A DNA stretch of 64,000 nucleotides from Azolla caroliniana (lineage: Eukaryota; Plantae; Polypodiophyta): assembly GCA_043228905.1 (NCBI GenBank), contig JBHGNT010000022.1, positions 9,920,001 through 9,984,000 of the forward strand. Direction: 5' to 3'. The notes below the pieces were generated by a model. It was not told where the DNA came from and ran no database searches. It saw only the letters and a list, made by a program, of their open reading frames with translations. Of this stretch, positions 24,148 to 37,689 are shown one piece after another. Made by a program: the position numbers and the translations under genes. The number at the start of each line of letters is the position of its first letter. Positions within the stretch are counted from its first letter, which is position 1.

Positions 24148-27100
24148 GCGCACTGTGTATATTCAAGCTCTCCATTAAACCTGCGTATTTTCTGTGTTCG
24201 GTTTTCTATTGCTTCCGCACATAATCTTTTTCATGGTATCAGAGCGCGAGGGTTGAGAACCTCTGTAGCTGACATAGCTTGAAGAGAAAACCAACCAAGA
24301 AGAACAAGAAAAACAAAATGGATAGAGGCATGGCTAGCTCGCTTCCTACCGAGAAGCTCGACAGAAACAACTACGCATCTTGGTCCTACAAGATGCACCA
24401 GTACTAGCTCGGGCACGGTTATTGGAGCTATGTTGATGGAGCAAATGACACAACACCCGAATCGAGACACAAAGATTTCCCGGCCTGGGAATAATCGGCG
24501 AGCAGACTACTGTATTGCTTCGCGTCTTGTGTGGGCGAACAGCTCCTAAGCTATATTCGGGATGGGAAAACGCCAAAGGATGCTTGGGGAAATCTGAAGA
24601 AGATCTTCGCCGCAAGCACCACATCCAGGAAGCTTCAACTCCGACAGGAGCTGAGAAATTTATGACAACGCGACTTGTCGGTGGCTGATTACACCTCGAA
24701 GATCAAAGAGATATGTGACTCAGCCTCTATCGATGTGAATGTCGAAGAAGGCGAGATGGTGCAGATCTGTCTCTGGGGATTGGTGTCGAAGTTCGGAGCA
24801 TTCCAAATTGTTGTGTGTACACGGGAGAACATGCCGTCATTTTTGACTTATAGTCGATGCTCCTAATAGAGGAGAACCACCGGGTGCGTCAACGAGCACG
24901 CATGCCGACAACAAGATGTTGTACACGAAGGGAGATAGGCCCCGTGGTCGTGTCGGATGAGGCGAGTCGATGCGCAATGGAGGTGGCCGACAGGATCAAG
25001 GAAGAAGGCACCGAAGTGATGCCGACAGCAATTCGGACCCTTCGGAAATAGGGGGAGTCGAGGCGATGAGAACCGGTAAGGGAAATCCGCCACGGAATGC
25101 TGGTATTGTGGCAAGAAAGGCCATAGAGAGAGCGAGTACTGGACAAAGTGCGCCGATTCGGAGAGAACCGGGCCCGGATCAAGTTCCGGACAGACCGACA
25201 AAGGAAATCAGCAACGATCGCACTACGCTGAAGGATCGAAAAAGCCGAAAAAGGGTCAGTCTTCGTGACGAGACACGAAGCAAACTCGATGAAGAAGATC
25301 ACCCCGAAGTCAGACGAGGTGTGGTACGTCGACTCCGGCGCGTCAAACCACAGGACGTGCCACAAGGAGTGGTTCTCGTACCTAGAAAAACCGATGCAAC
25401 CGGGAGTAGTCGCAACTGGAGACGACACTCTGCATTCGATCGCGAATGTCGATGAAGTTCCCTTGAGCCATGCCATGTGTTACACATCCTGACAATCACG
25501 AAGAATCTAGTGTCGGTCGGGCAGATCGTCGACCAGGGGATGCAAGTTCAGTTCACGCATCTTGGGTGCTTCATCGAGGAAGAAGGCTGAGCTATTGCGC
25601 AAGGGCGCAGAGACGAGAGGATGTTTATCCTTGACTCTAGTGACGGTGGCACCGCAATGTTCACGAAAGGAGAAAAAGTTGAGTTGGATATCGACTTATG
25701 GCACAAGCAGATACGCTACGTCAACTATCAATGGCTTCAGGACCTACAATCGAAACAGGTGGTGTTCGGATTGCCCAAATTTAGTGGCCGGAAGGCGCAA
25801 ATTTGTGAAGCCTGCCAGCTAGGGAAGCAACACCGAATTCCTTCCCCTAACGAGCGTAATCGGAGCCGGAACAAGCTCGACTTGATACATTCCGATGTAT
25901 GGGGGCCGACACAAAATGTTAGTCTTGGCGGGAGTTGATATTTCATCTCCTTCATCCACAACTATACGTGGCACATGTGGATCTACCTCATCGAGAAGAA
26001 GAGTGAAGTCTTCGACTGTTTCTGGGACCTCAAAGGGTTCATGGAAATGGAAATAGGACGAAAGATCAAGTGCTTGCGGTCAGATGGCGGAAAAGAGTAC
26101 TTTTCCGGTCAATTCAACGGCTATCTGCAACAGATGGGAATTCGGCGTGAATTCAGTTGTAGATACACGCTGGAGCAAAATGGCGTGGCCGAGAGGAAGA
26201 ACCGGTCAATTGTAGAAGCGGCACAGGCAATGCTGGAGGAGAAGAGCTTGCCCAAGTTCTATTGGGCCGAGGCGGTACGAACCGCGGTATACATCCAGAA
26301 TCAGATCGGAGACAAAGTGTCGGCGCATGAGCGGTATTTCGGAAGGAAGCCAAATCTATGACACTTGAGAGTTTTCGGTAGCATTGCGTATGTGCATGTG
26401 CTAGAGAAGAGAAGGAGGAAGTTGAAATCGAAACCCGAGAAGTGTATCTTGCTCGGCTATTCGGACGAGCAGAAGGGTTATAAGTGTTATAACCCATGCA
26501 CCAAACAAGCACACGTGATCCACGACGTTGTGTTTGACGAGTCCGCGTCTTGGTACTTGCCTCCGATTCGGGACCTCACCTCCAATCCGAGTTCTAATGA
26601 TGAGGTTAGTTAGGCCGAGGTGCCTCTGGATGAGCTTGAAATCGGGACCCGCGAAGAGAGTCCGATTTCGTTTCGGTTAAGCGGACCAAATGGACGACTA
26701 AGTCAATTCGACCAGTCTGATGAAAAGTCAGTGAGTAGTGGAGACTTGGTCGTGCATTCCCCACGTAGGGAGCCGAGGAGACAGCTTACGCGAAAGGAAA
26801 AAGGGAAGAACAAGGTGTCGAACTATGGCATAGATAGGAACAAATCGGATCAACGCGAGTCCAATTCCAAGGGCAGTGATGACAGGTCTTCAAGAGCGTA
26901 GTCCGCGTCGGCTAAGAGAGCCTCAACATTGGCCAATGAACAATTATGCCGATCTACCCACCAGAAGAACCCTGTTGTGCGGTTCAGATACAACGAGTAC
27001 ATGGCGCATCATTATGTGTACATGACCCGTGTAGCGGAAGTGTGAGAGCCGGAGAGCTACGTAGAAACGGCGAAGGACGCGAATTGGCGTGCCGCAATGG

Positions 27101-29284
27101 AGAAAGAGATGCGCGCATTGGTGGGAATGAAACCTGGGACCTGGTTCACACACCGAAAGCTGTGAACATGGTATCTGCAAGGTGAGCTTGAGGAATAGGT
27201 GTACATGGTACAACCCCCCGGATTTCAATCCGGAACGAACACTTCGGCGATGTGCCGATTGAAGAAGTCCCTTTATGGACTAAAGCAAGCCCCGCGTGCC
27301 CCCCGCGTGCCTGGAAAGCGAAGATCACGTAGCAACTGCGTCGGATGGGCTTTGCGACATTGAAATCGGACTCCTCACTGTTCATCCGGAAAGGTTAACT
27401 TAGGCCAGTTAGTATTCTACTTTATGTTGATGACTTGGTCATCACCGGCACCGACCTAAGTGAAATTGACCGCGTGAAGCTCCAACTTGCGACATCATTC
27501 GACATGAAGGATCTGGGGGGACCTTCATTACTTCCTCGGGATCGAAGTGATCCACACCCTTGAAGGCATATTGATCAGCCAACGTCATTACGTGCTGAGT
27601 ATGCTCTTCAAATTCGGGATGGCCGACTGTAAGTCCGTCTCAACTCCTCTGGATAGAACCGTGAAGCTTCGCCCTGCTTTTGGAAAGGTATGCGACCCGA
27701 TGAGGTTCTGATAGATAGTCGGAAGCCTGATATACTTGACTATCACCTGACCATATCTCAACTACCCGGTCGGGGTGATTAGTCAGTTCATGGCACGACC
27801 AACCGAGGAGCACCTTCAGTGCGCATAACGCGTACTCCGGTACGTCAGTGGCACTAAGGACCGGGGGCTACTATATCGAACTGATACTGTCACGCAGTTG
27901 GTCGGTTACACCGATGCTGATTGGGCTGGAAATGTCGGCGATTGCCGGACCACGTCCAGTTTCGCGTTCTCTCTTGGGAGTGTCGCGATCCCGTGGAGTA
28001 GCAAGAAGCAACCGACAGTTGCGTTGTCGAGCACTGAAGCCAAGTATACAGGAGCGGCTGTTGCAACATGCGAAACCGTCTGGCTGAAATGACTACTTAA
28101 GGATATGTAGGTGGAGGTGTCCGATCCAACGATGATCTACTGCGACAACCTCAGCAACATCCAACTAGCAAAGAACCCCGTCTTCCACACCTAGACTAAG
28201 CACATTGAGGTGCACTACCATTTCGGCTGTGAGCATGTCCTCTCCGGTGAAGTTGAACTTCATTATATTCTGACGGATCGGCAGACCGCCGACATCTTCA
28301 CCAAGCCTCTTGGTTTGGACAAGTTGCGGAAATTCTTGGGTGCGCTTGGGTTGCGTCACCTCGACATGCCGAATTTGAGGGGGAGAGACGTCCCGAATGA
28401 CCACGGAAGGGGGAGAGAAGTTCTAGAAAACGAAGACCGCGATGCTGAGTCGGATGACGAATTCGATTTCAGATCAGTTGAAAAAGCTGAGGGTGGACCC
28501 ACGGAGGGTTCTGGAAGCGGACATAAGGGGAGTAGGCAAAAAAAAAGCCGAAGCCAACCAAGGGCAAGAAGAACGAAGATGAGTTGGAGACAACCAACTC
28601 GGACAAGGGCGAAAACCAATCAAAGGAATCCGAGTCGGTTCAGATGTTTGATTCAGATATGCTGAATCAACCAAGGGCCAAGTGGAAGAGAAGGCAGCAG
28701 AAGAGGCGCCAACACCGCAACAACAAGGAGGTTGAGAAGGGTCGTGGGAGCAGACAAGCCGATCGGAGGGGTTGCGGCACGCAGAATCAAACAAGTCGAA
28801 GAGCGCGAGCGAGGCGTGAAGCCAGAAGGAACCGGAGCGTAGGTTCGGCGGAGCAGGTGGAACCTCAGGTTAAGCTTGAGGGGGAGTGTTGAGAGACAAG
28901 CTCAACATTAGTGCGTAATACGATGCATAACCCAGTGCGTAGACTGGGTGCGTAAAACAATACGCGTAACGTGGCCGTTTCGGTACGTAAACCGGAAGGC
29001 CATTAGTATGGTATTCCTCGTAAGGAGTAATTTTGGGAGTTAGTGTAGTAGGCTCCTTTATGAGCATTCAAGTACTGTCAATACTTGTCTCAGCCCGATA
29101 GTCAGGGCTTGTATAAAAGGTGCTCACTGAGCACGGTGTGTGTATAGATTGAGTATTATTTTGAATTGAGTTTCTGTGTTCTCTCTCTCTCTCTCTCTCT
29201 CTCTCGTGTATATTCAAGCTCTCCATTAAACCTGCGTATTTTTTGTGTTAGGTTTTCTATTGCCTCCACACATAATCATTTTCA
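23797..29284 (+). mobile_element. Full-length degenerate Ty1/copia element C2
   Basis: LTRs at 23797-24233 and 28887-29284, TSD TTTTA. PBS TGGTATCAGAGC (tRNA-iMet) at 24234. PPT GAGGGGGAG. Motifs WYVDSGAS, IHSDVWGP, LRSDGGKEY, YTDADWAG; many stops. Confidence 0.95.
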
Positions 29285-29636
29285 TTTTACCTCTAAGATA
29301 TACCTACCTAGTCTCTTTACATCCGGGGTATCTAATAGTTTGGAGAGGGTGGGAGAGGATCCTAATATGTCTTGGTATTCTGCCCTTATCTCGGCATAGG
29401 TTGGACACTTACACGTAAAGTAATACTCATCCTCTATCTCAATGTGACATAATTTACATAGCCTTTCCTCTCTAGGGACTCTATTAGCACGACCATTCTC
29501 AATCTCAAGTTGGTGAGATGATATCCTCAGTTGTCCAATGACCAACCTTAGTACATTTGATAAGAATGTATCTAGATATCTTGGTCATGTAATAAAACCT
29601 AACTTAGAGATGTGCAATAACTGTTCCTTATAGTAC

Positions 29637-30058
29637 TGTCAGGAACAATACTAAGACAGAGAAGGAATTAGTACTAAAAGAAGTATTAGTACTAAGAGAG
29701 GTGAGGAACTCTCGAGAGAAGGAAAGACTGAGTGAGAGGGAGGGAGAGAGAGAGAGAGAGAGTGATGATAAGAAAAGATATATATTATGTGAAGAAAATG
29801 TATAGTAGCTAAGAGGCTTAAGACTGGCATTGAACCGATTTGGTTCGAAATAATGCCTTGTGCCTCCTTTTATAGTGTTCTAAGGAATACTCCTGAAGTT
29901 TCTAGAATGTTCTAGAGAAATCTGGAATATACATCAATTTTCTATAATAAAACATAAATGAAAATAATATTCTATGTATTACAATGTATAGTCTAATGGT
30001 CAAGAGCTCGACCCATGTAGTATAAGGTCATGGGTTCAAGTCTTGCCATATCATGACA
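29637..30058 (-). mobile_element. Solo chromovirus LTR (T1 variant subfamily) within the LINE
   Basis: TGTCAGG...CATGACA with TSD AGTAC/AGTAT. Nearly identical to 12380-12801. Confidence 0.92.
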
Positions 30059-31324
30059 AGTATAACATTTTAGATGGGAGTGGATCTCGTGGGGTGATCC
30101 ATTTATATCGAGTGTAAATTTGCCATATTTCTTGGCGTATCACTTTATTATGGTCTTCATGAGAGATTAGAGTTTGATCAGTCCCATGGTTGTACTTAAT
30201 GGGAGGTAGGTTATTAGTGTCTATGCCATTTGCAAGTAACCAACTCACCACAGTGCTATACCAAGAGCTAGTGTCTCCAGACACATGTAGGGATCGAGAT
30301 GCCTCAAAGGCTCAACGGGAGATCCTATCTTATGGTTGGCTATGTATCCGATGAATAAAAACTACCACTTGGAAAAGTGCTTCCACTAACATCGGGGGCA
30401 AACTGAAGTTTGCCCTTTGCTCTAATAACGTCATGCGGTACTGTCGATTTGCTTCGGAGTTGACGTGATAACATCATCACCAAAGGTCTCTCTAATTGTG
30501 TCCACATGAAAGGTGGTAGACCTTGAGCCCATACTACTGATGCATACATCAGGGAAGGGGTCACTAATGAGTCGAAGAGCCATCCCTTAGTCCGTGGCTC
30601 TTGAAAGTATGCCTGGTGGCATTGTCTCTCTAAAAGTGAGAGGGATGCATACCCTCTCGTTAGCCAATCTTTGGTTGTCTGGGTCATTGAGAATTTAACT
30701 GAACGAGCATTAAAAGTGACTCTCAAGTATATATATGATCCGATTACCTCAACTAGTTTATGAGAGAGGAGTCGGTGACATTTACTCCTAACATGTGACG
30801 ATGTATGAAAGATAAGGACTTTAGTTTTCGCTAGATTCACTACCAGTCCTCGTTGTGTGCAAAAGTCATCTAGGGCATAAAGATGCTTTTGTAGGTCGTG
30901 TTCAGACTCAAGGAGCAAGATGATGTCATCTACGTAGAGTAAGAGACTAACTTGTGTAACCCTTACGAGTAATAAAATCAGTGATCTCATCAATGTAGAT
31001 CCCAAAAAGAGTCGGTGATAGGGGGCAACCCTGTTTTACACCAGTGGTACTGGTGAAGCAATCGGATAGGCCGCCTAGGCATCTTAAACACCCGGAGACT
31101 TGCTCATATAAAGCATAAATGGCCCACATCATGTCATTTGGTATCCCCAAGATTTTAAGTCTATCAAACAACCTCTCCCTAGGAACTGTGTCAAAGGCTT
31201 TGCGAAAGTCCACACAGCACCAATACAGTTTCTTCTTACGAGCCTTCGTTTGGTCAATTAAGCACCTAAGTGTGAAGATATGGGCAATAGTGGAGAAGGC
31301 TCATCTAAAGCCAGCCTGCTCAGG

Positions 31325-33121
31325 TGAAGAGAATAACGCGGAATATTGCTCAGCCACAACCGAGTCTTGAATCACTTCATTGAAGGATCAAACACAGAAA
31401 TGAGAATAGAGATGAATACACGTACACCAAAAAAGAGAGTACATAGGAGGTTTACGTGGAAAAACCTAAATGGGAAAAACCACAGGAGCCCACAGACTCT
31501 GAACTAACACTATATGAGAAAGGTACAGTCAAAGACTCGGAGGCAATGACCTCGAGCTCTGTTTCTTCACCAAGCGGCAGTTACAACAGAATATCACTCT
31601 TTATGTCCTCTCATGCTCTCTCTCTGTCACTCACTATACAACAGTTATACACACAACAATATGACAACCTCATTCTCCTCGGTAATGAGCATCAGTTCCT
31701 CTTCACTTGTCGCGATTGCCAATGTTCCTTTCCGATCTATTCCTCTCCGGTCCAAACCATTTCAATCCGAACTCTTCTTCGAATCGGTGGTGTTGGTTTC
31801 TTTCTCTTTCTAGAAATGCCAACAATTCTTCTAGAAGTGCCTCGACTTCCCAAAGTAGAATCAAGTAGGCCTCCCCCTTGACTTCGACCTCGTCCCCGAC
31901 TTGTCCCCGACTTGTCCCGGTTTTGGGGACTCCGATACCGGCCTCTTCCCCGGTTGTGGTTGTCCTCCGTGACCAAGGCCTTCGGATTGGTTCCGGTCTC
32001 TCGGTCCTTCCGGCGAGCTTCTTCATCTAGCAAGCTTGATTTTACCCTTGCTAGGGACAATTGTTTTCCTTCCGGGTCAGGGTTGCCCAACGTGACAACT
32101 AACGTCTCCCAGCTATCCGGGAAGGGAGCAATGCGAGTACCTCATTGGTGAGAGGTACTTCCAATGAGGTTGCCTGGTGTATCAGTCCCTAGAAGGTATT
32201 CATGTACTCCGCATACTGGAGTCGTCCTTGTACCAGAGCCTCACTAGCTTCCGGAATACCAAAACCCGATTCACATCATTCTTGTTCTGGAACATGATGT
32301 CGATCTTCTCACAGAGTTCATGAGCCTTTCTCTCTTCATTGAAATTGTTGTACAGGCTCATGTCGATGAAGCACCGGATGTATGTCGTCATCTTCATGTG
32401 CATCACCTCCCACATTGTGGCGTCGATCTTATCCGGTCTCTTGTCCCCGAACTGAACCGGCAACCAAAGATCTTTAACCACCAACATATCCCTCATCTTC
32501 GACTTCCACACTAAGTAGTTGGAGCCCGTGAGCTTGAACATGCCACCGAACGATTCTTCCATTTCATGTGTTGTTTACTCTGATACTAGATTGAAGAGAA
32601 TAATGCGGAATATTGCTCAGCCATAACCGAGTCTTGAATCACTTCGTTTAAGGATCAAACACAGAAATGAGAATAGAGATGAATACACATACACCAAAAT
32701 AAAGAGTACACAAGAGGTTTACATGGAAAACCCTAAATGGGAAAAACCACGGGAGCCTCACAGTCTCCTAACTAACACTATATGAGAAAGGTACAGTCAG
32801 AGACTCAGAGGTAATGACCTCGAGCTCTGTTTCTTCGCCAAGCGCTAGTTACAACAGAATATCACTTTGTATCTCCTCTCACGCTCTCTCTTTGTCATTC
32901 ACTATACAACAGTTATACATACAACAATATGACAACCTCTGTACACCCTAAAATGTTTTCCCTAAGTCATATTTATACTTATATGAACTTAGGGCTATTT
33001 ACAAATATAGCCTCAATAGGCTTACTCAAAACATATTCATAAATATGTCTTTTCTTTCGGTTCTCACCGGGTTCTCTTCATTCAACACCGGATCCCATTT
33101 GGAGGGACCGATGTCCCAACA
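31325..33121 (-). mobile_element. Internally deleted copia C3 (5' LTR, PBS, gag, partial 3' LTR)
   Basis: TSD TCAGG. LTR 32592-33121 is repeated in part at 31325-31670. Degenerate iMet PBS at ~32577-32588. Gag FKLTGSNYLVWKSKMRDML. Confidence 0.88.
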
Positions 33122-34349
33122 TCAGGTGCTTGAAGACTTAATGTTTCCATATAATCGTTGAGCTCCACTTCCATTACTGCACCATATAGTTTAGCGAGCA
33201 TATGACCTATCATAATGGTCCTATATATATTTGGGTCCATTGGGTCCCCTCCTTTATGTATAGGGGCCATTGTGTTCATGGTCCATTGTGGTGGAAAAAC
33301 CTCGGCGAGGGCACGGTTGAACATTAGAATAAGAAAGGGGGCTAGGCACTCTCGAGCATATATGCTATGCTCGGCTCACAATCCTGTGTGGTCCATGGAT
33401 TTCCTATGTTGTAATTTTTTTATGACCTTCATGACCCTAGAGGTCCTGAAAAGTGTCCCTACGGTAGGTCGAGGTGTGGAAGGCATTGTAATGGGTGGTT
33501 GGTTCGGGACATGGTAGAGTCTCTCTGTATATGTGTGCCAAATACTGGGATCCTCAATGGATGTTTGTGATCTCGATTCCCGTAGTCTCTTCCATGCAAG
33601 GGCGCAGTCCCTACTCATGAGCATGTGTTAGAGTTCCCAATATTGAAATGCTTCCCAAGCTCGTCTTTTATGACGTATCATCTTGTGCATCTCTTTGTGA
33701 GCTTGTACTGAGGAAATAGTAGCATTAAGTTGCGACACTTTAAGTTGTCTATACAAGTCTTTACAATCCTCATCATACCACTTGTTCTGTGGCATAGACC
33801 CTGTTCTACTTTGATTGGAGTGTTTCATGTACGGGAAGCTACTCATTGATGCTAAGTGAAGGATGTGTGTGAGTTCGGTAGTGAGGTTCTCTAAAGGCAA
33901 GGAAGAATCAAAACAAGAGAGATGGGCTCGAACATGTCGGGAGTAGATGTAAGAGAGCTCATGCGTGAAATTTATTATGGTGTGATGGTTTGGTTGGCTA
34001 GAGTTGGTGGCATTGGAGGTGTCGCATTTTAGCTCAAAGTATAGGAAGCTATAGTCTGCACCAATAGGGCATGGGGCCACCCGGAAGGAGTTAACCATGT
34101 GGGTAGCTTCAGGGCATCCTATTAGGACATGCTAGGATATTCATGAATGATTCTGATCCTTTTGCAGCACGTCCTCCTTGTTTGGGTTTATGATTCCCCT
34201 TTCATATCTTAATCATCTAATTGGCCAATAACGTCGGATGGTGGCTTCGTATTTTTATTAGTATTACTAATAATAGTAATACTAATAATAATATATAGAT
34301 AATAATATTTCTAATAATGATATAATACTTGCTACTACTACTAATATAA

Positions 34350-36194
34350 AGTTTTACATCATGCTTCTGTTGAATTTCCTCTTGTTTCATTCCTTTCATC
34401 TTGATCGCATGAATATTCTCTGTTGTAGCTCTTTTCCTCGGCAATCTTGTCTACCTTCTCATGTTTATGAACATCTCTAATTGTCGTCGTTCTTGCATAC
34501 AACATACTCGAGTTCACCTTCTTCTTGTCATCGATCTCTTCTTCCCAACTCTTGTTGGCTTTTGAAAGGATCATGGCATCCTTTTCCTTCTTCAATCTTT
34601 CCCTCTCAGTAAGAAACAGCTCCAACTATATTTTTTTTGTCAGCTTCCATCATGTTACGTTCATTTGTGATTAGAGAATTCCATATCCCCTCATTGTATT
34701 CTTTGATAGGCGGGATCGGAGCTACCTCAGTGATGGCCGAAACCAAACATGAAGGTATAGCCTTCGGAATCGAAACGTTCTGGTTGGAGACACTATCAGG
34801 GATGTTACCCTTCTTTATTAGCATCTGAAATGGATTCTCTGGAATAGCTCCTTGATACAACCGAAGTCAAAATCCATTCACCAGTTTAGGCACATATTGT
34901 CCTTGCAATGTGCCTAGCCGAAATGTACCATCATTGTATGCCTTGAGGATCCAAAATGGTCCAGTCCAATGAAGATTCAATTTTCCTGGGAGTAGTCCAA
35001 ATCGTGACTAGAAAACCAATACGAATAGTCATGGAATGAGATCTTTTTCCATCTTTCTCCAATGGTGGTTAACCCCTCCCATCCTTCGCACTTGTTGTGC
35101 GTCATTACACACTTCACTGAGTTGTTGTTGCTCATGAAGTTGGAGAAGAGCTTCTTTCTTGGCTCGAACACTTTCATGTTCATCAAGTTGTTCCTTTACT
35201 GCAATGCGATGACAGCTTCTACACCATACACCAAACGAAATGGTGAACATCCCAAGCTCTCTTTATTAGTTGTATCGGCTACCCATAATGCATATTGCAT
35301 TCGTATCTGCCAATTCATCCGGTGCTGATTCACAATTTTTTTTAGAATTCGTTGCAAGGTTTTGTTTGTCGACTCTGCTAGACCATTTGCTTGTGGATAA
35401 TACACTCTTGATTTCCTGTGACTAATCAGGGTGTGTTGACAGAGACTTTGTATAACCTCATTAATGAAGTGAGATCCTTGATCACTTACTAACTCCACCA
35501 GACATCCAAAGTGCGTCATAATATTCTCATACAAGAAACAAGACAGAGCTATATTGTCACACGGAGCTTTGGCCTCCACCCATTTGGTGTAGTAATTTGT
35601 GGCGACTAAGATATATTGAAAATCTCCTATCGATGGTGGATGGAAGGGGCCAACAAAGTCGAAGACCCATTTCTGAAATGGTTCCAACGTTAGAATAGGT
35701 TGGCCTGACATGCGGTCGGCCTCTGTTGGTTGTCCTAATCGTTGGCATACATCACATTCCCTTGTAAATTGGCTTGCATCCCTATTGACTGTAGGCCACG
35801 AAAGGCTGACCTACCAGATCTTGCGGGCAATGACCTCTCTAGAAAAATGTGTTGGGAAACAGGTCCCTCCGGATGGGAAGAGCACAAACCAGATTGGATG
35901 GAGTCTGATTGAGGAGTCGGATGATAAGGAGTTGAATTGAAATTCGGATATTGCACAAGGAGTTGAATCAGTCGATAGCTAACTCGGTCAAGGACGAAAA
36001 AATGATGAACCAATAATCGACCAACAACCGAATCGGCTAATCGCCGAATTCGCCAAATCCGACTAGGCTATATTTGTAAATAGTCTAGATGTGCCCGTTA
36101 TGGCGATATTTGTAAATGAGTATAAATATAGTTACGAGAAATCATTAAGTTATAACAATAGGAATAATGTCACAATCATTGTAACCAAGAACGA

Positions 36195-36228
<34 letters not shown>

Positions 36229-37195
36229 TTTCACTATAACCGTCGGTCTAACGAAGAAGAACTCAAGGTCGTGGCCTTGCAATTTCTTATTATTATATAC
36301 CTTACTCATTTGTTGGAGTTTGTGGACTCCCGTGGTTTTTCCCTCTCAAGGGTTTCCACTATAAAATATTGTGTCTCTGTACTTTCATTTTCTATCTTCT
36401 GTTTTTCTATCATTTCAATCTTTGCACCCGCATACGCACGTGTATCAACCAGTTGTGGCCGGTAGTTTCCTCATCAAAATGACCTACTAATATCCCTTGA
36501 TGGGCCTCAAATAAGTAGGCTTGTTGCTCTGAATGGGAAACGAAATGGCGGAAAATGCCATCCACACCCCACTGATAGAGTGCCTCACCAATCACTTTAA
36601 AGTGTCGTGATCGTAATGCCAATATTTTCCTATGATTTTTACTTAACTCCGTACTGAACATTCCAATGGTACAAAATTGCACCATATCATCTATCCATTC
36701 ATCTGGGTGATTATGTGATTGGGCTCCTTCCACCCGCAGTTTGAACAAGCATTAGGAAAACCATCAACCACTCCCATAAGGGGTTCCCCACCTTCGATGT
36801 GACATAAATAGTTTGCTATTGCATGTTGTGTTCTAGGAGTATGAAAAATATCAAAATCAAACTCCTGAAGTAATAACATCCATAGGGGAGTTTACCTATG
36901 ACTAACTTCTTGTTTACCAAGTATAGTAATGTTGTGTGGTCAACGTGGAAGGTGAACTTGTTACCAAGTAGATAGTGGCAAACCTTACTCATTGCCTCAC
37001 TCTCCATTGTATTATAGTTACGTTCAGCCTTTGAAAGGTGGCAACTTGCATAATACACTGGGCGAAACCACTTCAGTTCATGTTCCGGAATAAGAATGCT
37101 CTTGATGGCTATGTTTGATGCATCCACGAAAATGTGAAAAGGTTTGTGCCAATCAGGAGGTTGCACCACAAGTGCTTTCACCAATGGTAAGCCTC
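34350..37195 (-). pseudogene. Old non-chromovirus gypsy pol remnant (RNase H-integrase)
   Basis: FHIFVDASNIAI, LLLQEFDFDI, FQKWVFDFVGPF, VSDQGSHF, NGLAESTNK. Confidence 0.82.
35850..36450 (+). mobile_element. Solo copia-type LTR related to the C1 LTR
   Basis: Starts TGTTGGGAAACAGGT like 23080 and shares the TATAAATA, (GA)n and CAAGGTCGT...CCGTGGTTTTT blocks. TSD is degraded. Confidence 0.7.
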
Positions 37196-37219
37196 ATCCA
37201 CAACGTTTCTCCAGTGGAA

Positions 37220-37450
37220 GGGAGGTCTCTCTTTTCAATTCTTAGAAGCTTGCACATGTACAAATGAGTTTCTAGAATCCTATATTGTATTATCTTCATA
37301 TATACCTTTGGTTATATTAATGAATGTATATATATTTTCTTTGATAATATTGAATGCAAAGTATCTTTGAGTGTAAAGTGTCTTTGGTAATATTGAATGC
37401 AAACCTAATACAACTTATGAACACATTATGTATATTCACATTGTGTACAT
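37220..37450. repeat. Dispersed AT-rich repeat also present at ~59422-59622; possible LTR fragment
   Basis: GGGAGGTCTCTCTTTTCAAT...ACATTATGTA..CACATTGTGTACATAT occurs at both sites. Confidence 0.75.
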
Positions 37451-37689
37451 ATATTTTGTGGGCTAATTTGCAAGGATGAATGGTGAGGTTTGAGTTATCT
37501 TAATAGTAAGGTTGGAAACATACACATTGACCTAGGGTTTGAGCCTATATAAGAAGGCTAGATACCTTCATGAAGGGGCATATATTTTCGTTATCGTGTT
37601 GAGATACACACTCTGATTGTGTGGTAAAGCTCCAAAGTCATGTGCCTCGTTCTTCTTCAAACCCAAAGTACCATCTATGTCCATTCGAG

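Larger units (their letters stand above)
29285..34125 (-). mobile_element. Degenerate LINE ORF2 (RTE-X/L2-like C-terminus), split by insertions; its 3' tip continues at 23766-23796
   Basis: DFRKAFDTVPR, GVKQGCPLSPTLFGIYID, LLYVDD, PIHKGGDPMDPNIYRTI, and C-terminal LRISSHQLEIENGR..CKLC..EDEYYF..CPTY. Clade assignment is tentative. Confidence 0.85.

Noticed and set aside
23978-24282. ER/LS dipeptide ORFs
   Set aside because: Translations of the (CT)n microsatellite in an LTR.
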